Positions 26,188 to 37,600 of a stretch of 40,982 bases of DNA are shown in pieces. A program made the position numbers and the translations under genes. The stretch comes from a virus (Duplodnaviria > Caudoviricetes). A model generated the notes under the pieces. That model worked only from the letters and a program-made list of their open reading frames with translations. It searched no databases and was not told where the DNA came from. Every line of letters begins with the position of its first letter. The first letter of the stretch is position 1. The stretch lies in IMG/VR virus record IMGVR_UViG_3300029171_000019, positions 1 to 40,982 of that record; one strand, given 5' to 3'.

Positions 26188-27254
26188 CGATTGGCGAACT
26201 CTTCATCAAATTAGGATTCAAAACTGACGGCGCCAAGTTAAAAGATTTCGTTCAGGACATCCAGGAATTAAACCTCTCCTCCATTCTCGCAGTCGCCGGC
26301 CTCGGCGGCGTCGCATCAGCCCTCGAAAAAATCATGAAACATGCCATCTCAACCGGTGTGGCCATGAAGAACTTCAATACTCAGACCGGCCTTTCCGCAG
26401 AGATGCTTCAGCAATGGACCAAATACGCTGAACAGCTTGGCGTTAGCGGGGACGAGATTGAAGGGGCTTTGAAGAATCTGCAGAGCAAAGTGACCGCCAT
26501 GCGTATGGGAATGGATCAAAGCCTTCTGAAACCGATCTTCTTTTTGAATCAGGCCGGCGCGGGAATCACTGGCAAGGAAGATCCTTTCACGATGATGACC
26601 AAAATAGGAAAAGGACTCCGAGGCCTTACTCCGGACGTGCGCCGGCAAGTCGTTGAAATGATGGGCCTATCGGATGCGACTCTTTCATTTTTCGCAGCCT
26701 ACGACGAAGAAAAACTCAAGCGGATCAACGCTCTCAATATGCAGCAGATTGATTCCCTTGCGCGACTGAATCAAATGTGGACCGATATAAAGCAGAATGT
26801 GATGTTTTTTTCTGATGTGATAGGCGCAAAATTGTCACCGGTGTTTGAGCATTTGATTCAGTTCGTAAAAGATTTAAACGACATGCTCAACGGGTATTTA
26901 ATGCCGGCTCTTTTGGGAATAGGAACCGCAATTATCGTTAGTTTTATTGGTCCGATAGGGACAGCAATTTTGGTTCTTATCGCATTAATTGACGATCTCT
27001 ACAGCTACATGGAAGGAAAGAAAAGTTTATTCAAACCGCTTTGGGGATTTTTCAGCGGCGTGGCCGTGAACGGATGGGGCGCGGCACCGGGCATGATCGC
27101 GCAAGGGGCATCGAACCTTTCGAACAAAGTTCAGAATTTCACATTCCATATCACTGACAGCGAAAACCAAAAAAGCCTCGTCCAAAAAATCAAAGACACT
27201 TTCGAGGAAATGCTGTCCGACAGCGCCTATCAAGACCCGGTGGATAATCGATGA
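26184..27254 (+). CDS. Short tape measure protein
   Basis: IGELFIKLGF N-terminus; helical; synteny. Confidence 0.8.
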   Translation: MTIGELFIKLGFKTDGAKLKDFVQDIQELNLSSILAVAGLGGVASALEKIMKHAISTGVAMKNFNTQTGLSAEMLQQWTKYAEQLGVSGDEIEGALKNLQSKVTAMRMGMDQSLLKPIFFLNQAGAGITGKEDPFTMMTKIGKGLRGLTPDVRRQVVEMMGLSDATLSFFAAYDEEKLKRINALNMQQIDSLARLNQMWTDIKQNVMFFSDVIGAKLSPVFEHLIQFVKDLNDMLNGYLMPALLGIGTAIIVSFIGPIGTAILVLIALIDDLYSYMEGKKSLFKPLWGFFSGVAVNGWGAAPGMIAQGASNLSNKVQNFTFHITDSENQKSLVQKIKDTFEEMLSDSAYQDPVDNR

Positions 27255-28030
27255 TCCCAGACCTGCAAAACGTCGCCACGCTTCTTGAGCAAACGGTCAA
27301 TCAATTCATCGTGCGTCCGACCGGCTCGCCAGGCCTTTTGGGGATCTCCGGTTTTCTTTTTGACATCATCGATGATGAAAACGTCGATCTGGACAGCGAC
27401 ATCACGGATCATTACGTCGAGAACAATACTGCGATCCAGGACCATATCGCGCTCCGGCCGGAGCAGTTCACCCTAAAAGGATTTGTGGCCGAACTGACCG
27501 ACATTTTCCCGACGGTCAATCTTTCCATTTTGACGGCCGTCCAGGCGCTTCAGCTGATCAAGAGTTTTTCGCCTGATTTTACGACCCAGGCCGACCAGGT
27601 TTATGAGCAGATCGAAAAAGCGGCCAGCCAGGCGCTTCAGTCCGTGAGTCTGGCTGAGAATCTTTTCGATCTTTTCAATCAGAAGAACACAAGCGCAACC
27701 CGTCAGCAACGCGCGTATAACTTCTTTTATTCGATGTGGGCAAGCCGGCAGTTGTGTCAGGTCGAGACTCCTTGGAACATATTTTTGAATATGGCCATTG
27801 ACCGGATCAAAATAAAGCAGGACGCCGAAACGAAAATGATTTCGGACATTCACATCACTTTCAAAAAGATCCGGCAGGTAAAAACAATCACAAGCAATAT
27901 CCCGATTGCAGACCTTGCGAATTTCTCCGGGCGCGCGGCTGATATGGTTGCCGAGAACGTCAGCAACGCTCAGACGCAGGGGCAGGCCTCAATCCTTTTT
28001 GACATGACAAAGTTTTTTTTCAATCAATGA
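27251..28030 (+). CDS. Baseplate/tube initiator protein
   Basis: ITDHYVE...DHI motif; follows the tape measure. Confidence 0.7.
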   Translation: MIPDLQNVATLLEQTVNQFIVRPTGSPGLLGISGFLFDIIDDENVDLDSDITDHYVENNTAIQDHIALRPEQFTLKGFVAELTDIFPTVNLSILTAVQALQLIKSFSPDFTTQADQVYEQIEKAASQALQSVSLAENLFDLFNQKNTSATRQQRAYNFFYSMWASRQLCQVETPWNIFLNMAIDRIKIKQDAETKMISDIHITFKKIRQVKTITSNIPIADLANFSGRAADMVAENVSNAQTQGQASILFDMTKFFFNQ

Positions 28031-28365
28031 GACTGATTAATTCTTTTGATGATTCACCGAACCAAAGCCAGCGTTTCGTCCTCGATGACGGAACGATCAT
28101 TGATTTCTCGATCCGGTTCGTGGCGAATCAAAGAGGATGGTTTTATTCATTCACTTACGGCGCATTTACCGTAAACAACCGGCGCCTGATCTGCAGCCCG
28201 AACATGATCCGTCAATTTCAAAACATTCTTCCTTTTGGGTTTGGCTGCACCACGACGGACGGCCAGGAGCCTGTCTTCAAAGACGATTTCAAAACTGAAA
28301 GAGCGAAGTTTTACCTTTTGGATGCGAACGATGTGCAGTCCGTCGAGAATCTTATCCTTGCATAA
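28027..28365 (+). CDS. Baseplate protein
   Basis: Synteny; coupled ORF. Confidence 0.6.
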   Translation: MRLINSFDDSPNQSQRFVLDDGTIIDFSIRFVANQRGWFYSFTYGAFTVNNRRLICSPNMIRQFQNILPFGFGCTTTDGQEPVFKDDFKTERAKFYLLDANDVQSVENLILA

Positions 28366-29225
28366 TGGAAAAATTTCAAAGGCATTACACGCTCAAAGTC
28401 CAGACCATAAGCGGAAACGAAGTCGTTATCACCGATCCGCTGACGCTCGATTTTGCGGTTAAGCGGGACCTCCTCGCATCAGCCAATACCGGAAACTTCA
28501 AGATTCACAATCTCGGCCTGCCGACCCGCCAGAAAATATACAAAGATCCGTTCGATCTCCGGGTTTATAAATTCGTCCAGGTCTATGCCGGCTACGATCA
28601 GCAATCCCTCATTTTTCGAGGGAATATTACCTCGGCCATGTCCTGTAGGGCAGAAGGAAGCACTTCCGTTTTAACGGAGATCGTGGGTTTCGACGGCGGT
28701 TTTGCGTATTCAAATGCTTTTTCGAATTTCACCCTGGCTGCCGGGACAAGCCGCCAGAGCGTGATCAGCCGGCTGCAAACGGATCTCAAGAGCCAGGGCC
28801 GTATTGATATCGGACCGGCAAGCACGTTCGACGGCGTGTATCAGCGCGGCCGGACGATTATGGGTCCGACGGCCGAGATCTTGAAAACGGAAACGAACGG
28901 TAATTTTAATATCGATAACGAGAAGTCATTTTGCATGAAACAGAATGACTGCATCAACGGGAACATTTTGACAATCCAATCTTCAACCGGATTATTGGGA
29001 AGTCCGAGGAAATTCGAGGCTCTGATCATTGTCGAGATCCTGTTTGAGCCGCGCCTGGTCATGAACCAGATCGTCCAGCTCATAAGCACTGTCAATCCGC
29101 AATATAACGGCATCTACAAAGTTTATGGAATTGAGCACACCGGAACGATCAGCGGGGCTGTCGGCGGGAAATGCAAAACAACCGTCAGTCTTTTTAACGC
29201 TTCCGGACTGAAGGTGATTGCGTGA
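28365..29225 (+). CDS. Baseplate hub protein
   Basis: AGY...IFRG and TGLLGSP motifs; synteny. Confidence 0.72.
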   Translation: MEKFQRHYTLKVQTISGNEVVITDPLTLDFAVKRDLLASANTGNFKIHNLGLPTRQKIYKDPFDLRVYKFVQVYAGYDQQSLIFRGNITSAMSCRAEGSTSVLTEIVGFDGGFAYSNAFSNFTLAAGTSRQSVISRLQTDLKSQGRIDIGPASTFDGVYQRGRTIMGPTAEILKTETNGNFNIDNEKSFCMKQNDCINGNILTIQSSTGLLGSPRKFEALIIVEILFEPRLVMNQIVQLISTVNPQYNGIYKVYGIEHTGTISGAVGGKCKTTVSLFNASGLKVIA

Positions 29226-29998
29226 GTGAATTCACAATTCCGGTCCCGGGCCAGGGAACGGACCAATCCAAGAAAATCGTAACTCCGAAGCTCCCGGACA
29301 TCCTTTCAAATTTGATGCGCCGGATGTTTGCTTCGATCAATTGCATTTCCATCGGCACGATTCAGTCATTCAACCCAACGCTTCAGACCGCGCGGATATC
29401 GATCAATTACAAACGAATTGTCGGGACCAATTATCAGAACTACCCGCTGCTTGTCGATTGCCCGGTCGTGGTTCTTTCCGGGGGCCCTGGGGCCCTGACA
29501 TTCCCGATTGCAGCCGGCGATACTTGCCTTATTTTTTTTAACGACCGGGAACTGGATTCATGGTTCGCGTCCGGTCAGATCCTGCCGCCGGCGTCCGAAC
29601 GGGCGCATGATTTGAGCGACGGGATCGCTCTTGTAGGGATTCGCTCCCAGCTAAACCCTATCCAAAGCTACGAATCAAATGGGGTACATTTGTATCATGG
29701 CGATGACAAGACCGCGAAGCTGAGCCTGGAAGAAGCGGTCAAATCCGCGCTCGTGCATGGTGACAGCAAGCTCACGCTGATTGACGGGGACAGCGCGAAA
29801 CTGGAATCGGCGGCCGCCGAAGTAGAAGTCGCTGAAAAAGTAAAAATCGCGGTCGGCATGGCAACCTTGAAAATTGCGCTCGACGCGCTCTGCACGGCGC
29901 TGACGTCCTGGGTGGATACCGGCGGGGACACCCCGAACCCGGCCACGGTGACAGCGATCAACGCAGCCAAAACATTAATCGATGGGGTACTGGAATGA
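29222..29998 (+). CDS. Baseplate spike (Gp138-like N-terminus)
   Basis: LTFPIAAGDTCLIFFNDR...RAHDLSD motif. Confidence 0.8.
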   Translation: MSEFTIPVPGQGTDQSKKIVTPKLPDILSNLMRRMFASINCISIGTIQSFNPTLQTARISINYKRIVGTNYQNYPLLVDCPVVVLSGGPGALTFPIAAGDTCLIFFNDRELDSWFASGQILPPASERAHDLSDGIALVGIRSQLNPIQSYESNGVHLYHGDDKTAKLSLEEAVKSALVHGDSKLTLIDGDSAKLESAAAEVEVAEKVKIAVGMATLKIALDALCTALTSWVDTGGDTPNPATVTAINAAKTLIDGVLE

Positions 29999-30354
29999 TT
30001 ATCAGAGCGCTTGACGCAGACCACGACTGGAAATTCGGAAAAGGAAAACAGTCGTACCTTTACACGAACGAGGCGATTAACGAGAACATCCAGACGCGCC
30101 TCCTGGAATTCGTGAACGACTGCTTTTTCAACCTTTCGGCCGGCATTGAATGGATCGGCCTCATGAGCAAAAAGGGAACCAAAGAACAGATCGTGCTTTC
30201 CTGCAGGGCCGTCATTTTAAAGAGTTTCGGGGTCGTGCGCGTCAACAGCGTCGAGGCGCTCCTGATCGACAGACGGAGTCTCCAAATCAGCTACAATATT
30301 GACACGATCTACACCTTGCGATTCACCCAAAATTTAGAGGTAAAAAATGTCTGA
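29995..30354 (+). CDS. Baseplate wedge/sheath initiator (gp25-like)
   Basis: RALDADHDWKFG motif; precedes baseplate J. Confidence 0.7.
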   Translation: MIIRALDADHDWKFGKGKQSYLYTNEAINENIQTRLLEFVNDCFFNLSAGIEWIGLMSKKGTKEQIVLSCRAVILKSFGVVRVNSVEALLIDRRSLQISYNIDTIYTLRFTQNLEVKNV

Positions 30355-31780
30355 AAATAAGATCGACGCAAACGGGATTTCGATCCAGACCTATGAAGAA
30401 ATCCTAAACGCCATCATTAACGGGCAGACGGACATCCCCGGCCTGAAACAAATCTACGGTTCCGACATCAACGTCGATTCTAATTCCCCTGATGGTCAGA
30501 TGATCAATATTTTCGCGCTTTCCAAAAAGGATATGCTTGACTTGATCGTCCAGGATTACAGCAGCAAAGATCCCGACCAGGCCGTCGGTGTTGCGCTCGA
30601 TGCGGTCTCACAGCTTTGCGGGATATACCGGAAAGGCGGCAGTTATTCCGAGACTTCCGTTTCGATTACCGTTGACCGGGAACTGGATCTCAAAGGATTG
30701 GATGATCCGGACGCTGTGCCCTTTACGGTCTCGGACAATGTCGGGAACGTTTTTTATTTGATGGAATCCGTAACCGTCAGCGTCGGCACAACGGCCCTTA
30801 ATTTCCGCGCGAAAAACATCGGGCGCGTCCAGATCGAAGCGAACACGATCACGACGGCTGTCACTGTCATTTTAGGCGTGACCGCGATCAACAATCCAAG
30901 CGCTCCCTACCAGGAAGGCACTGACCAGGAAACCGATGCTGATTTCCGCATTCGCCGCCAAAAATCTGTCGGGAAGCCGTCTCAGGGGTATTTGCAGAGT
31001 CTTTATGCCGCGCTCCTGAACATTCCGGGCGTGAGCCAGGTTTCGATTTATGAGAACGTCACGGGCAGCACGGACGGGGATGGAATCCCGAGCCATTCCA
31101 TTTGGGTGATCGTCCTGGGCGGTACGGACGAGGAAGTCGCGGAAAGCATTTTTTCGTACCGGAACGCAGGCTGCGGAATGAAAGGCGCCGAAGAGGTTGA
31201 AGTCGAGATGGCTGACGGGAACACGTTCACGATCAAATTTGACCGCCCGGACGAAGAAGATCTGTACATGGAATTCACGGTAACTCCGATTGGCGGCGGG
31301 GCAATTGATCTTGATTACCTGAAAGAGCAGCTTGTCGCTTTGTATGAATTCGGGATCTATGAACCGGCCGATGTGACCACAATCGCCACGATTGTCAGAT
31401 CCGTAAATCCGAACGTTGTGGTAAGTGACGCTGGTGTCGGGATCGCCGTGGAGCATGGAAACCTCGCAACTGTTTCGGTCGGCGCGGCCGGGACCGGCTA
31501 CAACGTCGGAAACATTCTGACGCTCGTCCAGGCCGGCGCGTCGCTTGGAACCGTTGAAGTTTTGACCGTTGACGGAGGCGGCGAAATTTTGACCGTTGCC
31601 ATTGACGATGTCGGCCAGGGCTATTCCGTGGCCGCAGGCCTCGCCGTAACCGGAGGCGACGGAACCGGGGCCACAATTGACGTTGATTCCGTTGTGAACG
31701 ATTTCAATTCCATCAAGTATCCGACCACAAAGAAAGACCGTTTTATTTTGGCAACTTCCAGGATCACGATCAACACATGA
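30347..31780 (+). CDS. Baseplate J-like protein
   Basis: SPDGQ, AVGVALD, GTDQETDADFRIRR and GIPSHSI motifs. Confidence 0.85.
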   Translation: MSENKIDANGISIQTYEEILNAIINGQTDIPGLKQIYGSDINVDSNSPDGQMINIFALSKKDMLDLIVQDYSSKDPDQAVGVALDAVSQLCGIYRKGGSYSETSVSITVDRELDLKGLDDPDAVPFTVSDNVGNVFYLMESVTVSVGTTALNFRAKNIGRVQIEANTITTAVTVILGVTAINNPSAPYQEGTDQETDADFRIRRQKSVGKPSQGYLQSLYAALLNIPGVSQVSIYENVTGSTDGDGIPSHSIWVIVLGGTDEEVAESIFSYRNAGCGMKGAEEVEVEMADGNTFTIKFDRPDEEDLYMEFTVTPIGGGAIDLDYLKEQLVALYEFGIYEPADVTTIATIVRSVNPNVVVSDAGVGIAVEHGNLATVSVGAAGTGYNVGNILTLVQAGASLGTVEVLTVDGGGEILTVAIDDVGQGYSVAAGLAVTGGDGTGATIDVDSVVNDFNSIKYPTTKKDRFILATSRITINT

Positions 31781-32388
31781 GCGTAGACCCGGAACTTTTG
31801 AAGTATTACGCCGGGCTGTTGATTATCCAGTACCGGATCAAACCCAAAGCACAGGCGACGATCAAGATTTTGGCAAACCAAAACCTTTGCGACGGGCTCG
31901 TCCAGGTCGAAGAGCGCTGCTTTGATCTGGACACCGCTGTCGGTGCACAGCTTGACGTGATTGGCCGGATCGTCGGTGTGCCGCGCAAAGTTTACGGCCT
32001 CGATCTTGAACGCGAATTTTACAACTGGACCACGTACAGCGAGCCGGCCAGTAACGGATTCTGCAGGTACGACGCTGATCCTTACCCGGACGGAATCATC
32101 TGGTATCGATACGTTTTTCAGGGAAGTTCTTTTTATATTCTGCTTGATGCTGAAATGAAAATTTTGATCCAGCTCAAAATTTTGCTGAATAATTCTTATT
32201 CGAGTTTGAAGGACATTGTTTCAATTCTGCATCAGTTTTTTCCGAACGACATCGAAGTCGTCGACAATGCAGACATGACGATCACGTACAATATCAATAC
32301 CGATCTCGAAAACGTTTCAGCCGTTGCTCTTTATTTGGGATTTATCCCGAAGCCGATGGGCGTCGAGCTAGACATCAACTACGTTTAA
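31777..32388 (+). CDS. Baseplate wedge protein (DUF2612-like)
   Basis: FDLDTAVGAQLDVIGRIVG and PKPMGV motifs. Confidence 0.8.
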   Translation: MSVDPELLKYYAGLLIIQYRIKPKAQATIKILANQNLCDGLVQVEERCFDLDTAVGAQLDVIGRIVGVPRKVYGLDLEREFYNWTTYSEPASNGFCRYDADPYPDGIIWYRYVFQGSSFYILLDAEMKILIQLKILLNNSYSSLKDIVSILHQFFPNDIEVVDNADMTITYNINTDLENVSAVALYLGFIPKPMGVELDINYV

Positions 32389-32402
32389 AGGAGCAATTTA
32401 AA

Positions 32403-33539
32403 ATGGCGAAAATCGAAAGAGTCCTGCAGAAGCTATTCGGATCAACCGGCCCCGAGTCCGATTTCGGGAAATTCGGGTCCCTCGCGGAAGGAGCGCCCGA
32501 CAACACGAAAGACCCCGTTGAAATTCAGGCTCTCGCACGGTTCCTCACAGGATGGGGCGGTGCTGTCATTGCCGATAACCGTCCGGCATTAGAAGACGAA
32601 AACTCCCTTTTTCTTTTAGCGTTCCGGCAGCTTGCCTACATATTCCAGGCAGGTATTCCAGAATACGAAGATGACACCGTTTATTACGAAAACAGTTTCT
32701 GCCAAGTCGACGGAGCTGTTTATAAATCCGTCGCAGACGACAACACCGGGAACGATCCCACGACTGACGATGGTTCGAACTGGGTGGTCTGGCAGCCGCC
32801 GTTTCAAAATAATTTTTTGAGCGGTCTCAATCTTTCAGTCGCTTCCAACGTTGTGACGTGCAGCGCTGGATATGCGAAGGATTCCACCAACACGCGCGAC
32901 ATGACGCTCCCGTCCTCCATGGCGAAAAACCTTGGATCGACGTGGGTGGCCGGAACCGGAAATGGCGGTCTTTTCGCCGGATCTGTTGCGAACAACACCT
33001 GGTATTATTTCTTTTTGATCCGCAAAGATTCCGACGGTTCCATCGATGCCGGATTTGACACAAGCCTGACCGCCGCGAACATCCCGGCCGGTTACACCGC
33101 TTACAGGCGTCTCGGCCAATTCAAGACGAACGGCGCGGCGACTCTCTACAAGGTTTATCAGTACGGTGCGGGTTCTTATCGTCGTTATATTTATGACGAT
33201 TACCAGGAAGTCATCAACACCGCGACGCCTTCATCGTCATTCGCAGATATTGACTGCTCTGCATTTGTGCCGCCGGTTTCAACTTTGATTACCTTCAACG
33301 CCAAAAATCTTGAAAATAATGGCGCGGCGACGGTTACCACTTTTTATTTCCGGCCGAAGGGAAGCTCCGGAAGCGGATCTATTATCTGCAAAATGATCGA
33401 TGGACATGGATCGGGCGGCTGGGGACAAGGATTGATTTTTGAAATCCCGTCAGATTCTTCACAAGTCATTCAATATAAATCGGAAACACAACAGCGCGGA
33501 ATTCTTATGGGCGTTTCCGGCTATTACGATTTCATTTAA
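32403..33539 (+). CDS. Tail fibre protein
   Basis: AYIFQAGIPEY attachment motif, then a CBM5/12-like segment and PAGYTAYRRLG. Confidence 0.7.
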   Translation: MAKIERVLQKLFGSTGPESDFGKFGSLAEGAPDNTKDPVEIQALARFLTGWGGAVIADNRPALEDENSLFLLAFRQLAYIFQAGIPEYEDDTVYYENSFCQVDGAVYKSVADDNTGNDPTTDDGSNWVVWQPPFQNNFLSGLNLSVASNVVTCSAGYAKDSTNTRDMTLPSSMAKNLGSTWVAGTGNGGLFAGSVANNTWYYFFLIRKDSDGSIDAGFDTSLTAANIPAGYTAYRRLGQFKTNGAATLYKVYQYGAGSYRRYIYDDYQEVINTATPSSSFADIDCSAFVPPVSTLITFNAKNLENNGAATVTTFYFRPKGSSGSGSIICKMIDGHGSGGWGQGLIFEIPSDSSQVIQYKSETQQRGILMGVSGYYDFI

Positions 33540-33548
33540 GGAGGACAC

Positions 33549-33986
33549 ATGGCCACAAGAAAAATTCTTTTTCAGACGTCCGATGGAACCGTTCTCGGAA
33601 TGGGATACACGGATTTTAACCCGCCGGCGGGACAGGATCAGGACACGATAGGCTCTGATTTCGTTCTTCCGTCCCCGGTTCTCGGAAACAATACGTACGA
33701 TAAAGTCACAAAAACAGCTTCATTAAAGGACGAGGCGACAATAGCGTTCAACAATTTTCAGCCAGGCCTCACACTCGGCCGCATGGCGCAGGAATACACT
33801 CCGGAGCGATTGCTTGCGCTCGCGCCGTACGGGTTTGCCGTTCAATCATTTATCAGCTATAAAAATTTTACGCAACTCAAACAGTTTTTCGCCGGACTGA
33901 TTCAAACCGGAGCCGGGACTGCAGACGATTACAACGTGATCAAAAACATTCTTTTGGAGCAAGGCATCGACCTTGACAACTTCTAA
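33549..33986 (+). CDS. Putative tail fibre assembly protein
   Basis: Follows the fibre gene; GGAGG RBS. Function inferred. Confidence 0.5.
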   Translation: MATRKILFQTSDGTVLGMGYTDFNPPAGQDQDTIGSDFVLPSPVLGNNTYDKVTKTASLKDEATIAFNNFQPGLTLGRMAQEYTPERLLALAPYGFAVQSFISYKNFTQLKQFFAGLIQTGAGTADDYNVIKNILLEQGIDLDNF

Positions 33987-34354
33987 TGGGCGACGTTTGC
34001 GGAACACTTCCAATCAAGATTGACCAGGGCGCAAAATTCGAACTTCCGATCACGTACTTGGATGCGGACCAGGAACCGATCGATCTGACGGATTACACCG
34101 CCAAGATGCAGATCCGCGTGGCGGCCGGCGCGGACGAAGCGATCATTACTCTCACGACGGACCCGGACGGAGGCATTGTGATTGACGGGCCAAACGGAAA
34201 AATAACGGTCAGCATTCCGGCCACCGAAACCGCTGATTTCTCGGCGCCGTGGGAAGGCTTCTACGATTTGAAAGTTATCCCGCCCAACGCCCCGGAAGAT
34301 GCCGAGCGTGTGCTGCAGGGAAGTGTTTGCATTTCGCCGGCGGTGACGGTATGA
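33986..34354 (+). CDS. BppU-like Ig-fold virion adaptor
   Basis: IDQGA, PIDLTDYTAKMQIR and YDL motifs. Confidence 0.65.
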   Translation: MGDVCGTLPIKIDQGAKFELPITYLDADQEPIDLTDYTAKMQIRVAAGADEAIITLTTDPDGGIVIDGPNGKITVSIPATETADFSAPWEGFYDLKVIPPNAPEDAERVLQGSVCISPAVTV

Positions 34355-34671
34355 ACCCGTCCGTAAAAATTATTCGGAACGGGAATCCGGGCGTGACGGT
34401 GATTCGCCAGACGAACATCGTCTATGTGAATAATTTCAAAGCCGGGCATCCGGTAAAATTTATGCAGTTTTCCGTGACCGCTTCGAGCAACGGGCAAACA
34501 CAATTCACGCTTCCCGGAACGCCGCTTCTGGATGGACTCATCATCGTCTGGATCAACGGATCTGGACAGAACTTCGCGGCCGGGGACTTTACAGTTTCGG
34601 CGAATATTTTGACGCTCAATGAGGGCATCGATTCAGGAGACAAGGTCTATGGATTTTTTCAGACAAAATAA
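34351..34671 (+). CDS. Small virion beta-rich protein
   Basis: GQTQFTL...VWING motif; ATGA overlap. Confidence 0.6.
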   Translation: MNPSVKIIRNGNPGVTVIRQTNIVYVNNFKAGHPVKFMQFSVTASSNGQTQFTLPGTPLLDGLIIVWINGSGQNFAAGDFTVSANILTLNEGIDSGDKVYGFFQTK

Positions 34672-37600
34672 AATAATTCCATTTTTAGTATCTCTCTTGA
34701 TCGCAATACCAACCAGTTACGCGGTCACGAAAGTTCCGGCCAAGGACGTAACGGTGAACGCTTCCGGATTCGGGCATACGCTGACGACTGGGGCGACGGA
34801 CGTACAAAAAGCACTCGAACAAATCAACGCATTAAACGTCGGGATTTCATCTCTCACATCGACCGACGGAAGCATAACGATCACGACCCCTGCGGCCGGC
34901 GTAAAGAATCTGGCCGTTGTTTTTCCCGGAAAATCAAAAGTATCGAGCGGGGACACAACCGCCGATTATTTATTTACAAAACTTGTGGCCGGGAGCGGAA
35001 TCAATTTAATCAAGAACAATGCCGGCGGCAACGAAACCATCACGATTGATTCCGAAGCATCCGCGCCGGCCTGGGGCGATATCACGGGCACGCTTTCAAA
35101 CCAAACTGACCTGCAGGCCGAGCTCGATGCGAAGGTCCCGACCACTCGCACGGTAAACGGATACGCTCTTTCCTCGAACGTTACGATCACCAAAAGCGAT
35201 ATCGGCCTGGGAAACGTCGAGAATACGGCACTCTCAACTTGGGCGGGAAGCTCGTCTTTGACGACGCTTGGAACGATTGCAAGCGGTATCTGGCAGGGAA
35301 CGGCTATCGCAGACTCATACATCGCGTCCGCGGCCACCTGGAACGCAAAATTGACCAGTCCCATGACCACTTTGGGGGACATTATATATGGAAGCACAGC
35401 CGGGGCAGCTGCACGCCTGGCCGGAAACACGACCACCACAAAGAAGTTTCTCCGGCAGACAGGCGACGGGGTCGACTCCGCAGCTCCCGCCTGGGACACC
35501 GTCACAAAAGCCGATGTTGGCCTTTCCGATGTGGAGAATACCGCGCTGTCCACTTGGGCGGGATCGACAAACCTGACGACCCTCGGAACGATCGGCACTG
35601 GAACATGGAATGCCACGACCATCGGAGTTACGAAAGGCGGGACCGGGCTGACCTCATTCACTCAGGGAGATTTGATTTACGCTTCCGCTTCGAACACTCT
35701 CTTCGCATTGGCGAAAGACACAAACGCCACGCGTTATCTTTCCAACACCGGGACGAGCAACGCGCCGGCCTGGGCGCAGATTAACCTGGCAAACGGCGTG
35801 ACAGGAAACCTTCCGGTCACGAATCTCAACAGTGGGACCGACGCATCCAGTTCCACGTTTTGGCGCGGGGATGGAACCTGGGCCTCCGTTCCCGCCGGTG
35901 GAATCACAGGCCTCACAGCTGACACAGGAGGCACAACCACCGGCACAACCGTTACGCTTGCCGGCGGCACTTACCTTACGACCGCAAGAAGCACAGACAC
36001 GATCACAACCGATCTGGACCCGGCCGCGATGGGCGTTGATATCAGTTTCGGAAACAACACGGCCACTTGTTTTAAATGGACGCTTAACGTTGCCGGCACG
36101 GATGATCCGTACATCGAAGCGTGCCATGATAGCGGCGCCGGAACTTCTTATCTTAATTTGAGGCCCGGTGCTTTGGATTTAATGCTCCTGGACGATTTGA
36201 CAATCAAGGACACGACGCCAAACGTCCGCTGGTACGACATTACTTCCGGGGCCCTCGATTACGAAGGACAGGTCGAATCCAATCAGTTTGTTTTGAAAGC
36301 AATCGGCGACGTTTCCGGCGGTGATCCGTACAACACTCGCCGTTGGCTGATTCACAATTCATCGTCAGACGGACTCAGCGACACGCTCCAAATCGGGGAA
36401 AGCACTTTCGGCGGGATGGTTTTTGGGGAATCGGCATCTCCCGACGCTTACATTAACTTTGTCCGAAACGCCGACGTCTACGATTCCGTTTACGATCTCG
36501 CCACATTCAATGTTCGCTCGTCCGATTTAGTAAATCCGGTCGAAGCCGGCTTTGGACAGCGTATCCGGTTCACCGGCGAGAACGCCTCCGGCAGCACCGC
36601 CGAAGGCATGGGAGCCATGACTTTTGTTTGGGAAGATCCCACAAACAACCAGGAAACCGCGCAATGGATTTTTTACGTCGAGAACCTGGGATCGCTTACG
36701 GAATTTCTCCGCGTCGATGAAAACCTTCGCGGGGGATGGGGAGGCGTTACAGGTCCTTCCGCGACCTGGCACGTCCGGGAACAATCGACTGACGTAAACG
36801 ACACGATTGCGCTTCTCAATATCGAGGCCAAACTTTCGAGCGGAACGGCAGAGGCCGGATTCGGCGCTAAATTTACGATGAGCGCTCAAAATTTCGGGGG
36901 GACGGCCAACCAGGTCCAGCACCAGATGGAATCGATCTGGAACACAACGAACACCTCCGAAATTTTATACAAGCAGGTAATTGGAGGATCTCTTTACACG
37001 TATCAACGCGCCGACGAAACGGGGGCGGTCATTTTTGGGGATGCCTCCAATTCCGCGGCGCGGGTTCACATTGCCTACAGCACATCCGGCACAAACGATA
37101 TTGCGGATATCCTTTTGACGGAACGAAAATCATCCGGGACCGCGGCCGCCGGTTTGGGATTGCGAAACCTTGCACGCATTCAAGACGATGCCGGCAGCAT
37201 GGTCAACGCCTGGGCACTCCGCACTGAACTTGTCAGTGCCGCGACAGGAAGCGTTTCGACGAGCATCAAGGAATTCAACCGGCAAGCCGGAAGTTTCCTG
37301 CAGGTGCGCTATGTCGGTGCGGACGGATCGACCGCGATTGGAACAACCACGACCCCGAACGGATTCTTTGACGTTCACCGCCCCAACAAGACCGGCGTTA
37401 CCGGAGACTTGCCAGCCTTTTTTGTAAGCGCTCACACGATCGAAACCACGAACGGCACGACGATCGCGAATCAGCGAACCGGCTACTTCCAGGCGCCCAC
37501 GCTCAACACCGCATCTGGAACCGCGACATGGACGAACGCTTCCACCGTTTACATCGATGCCGCCCCAATCGCCGGGACCGGCGTCACGATCACCAACCCC

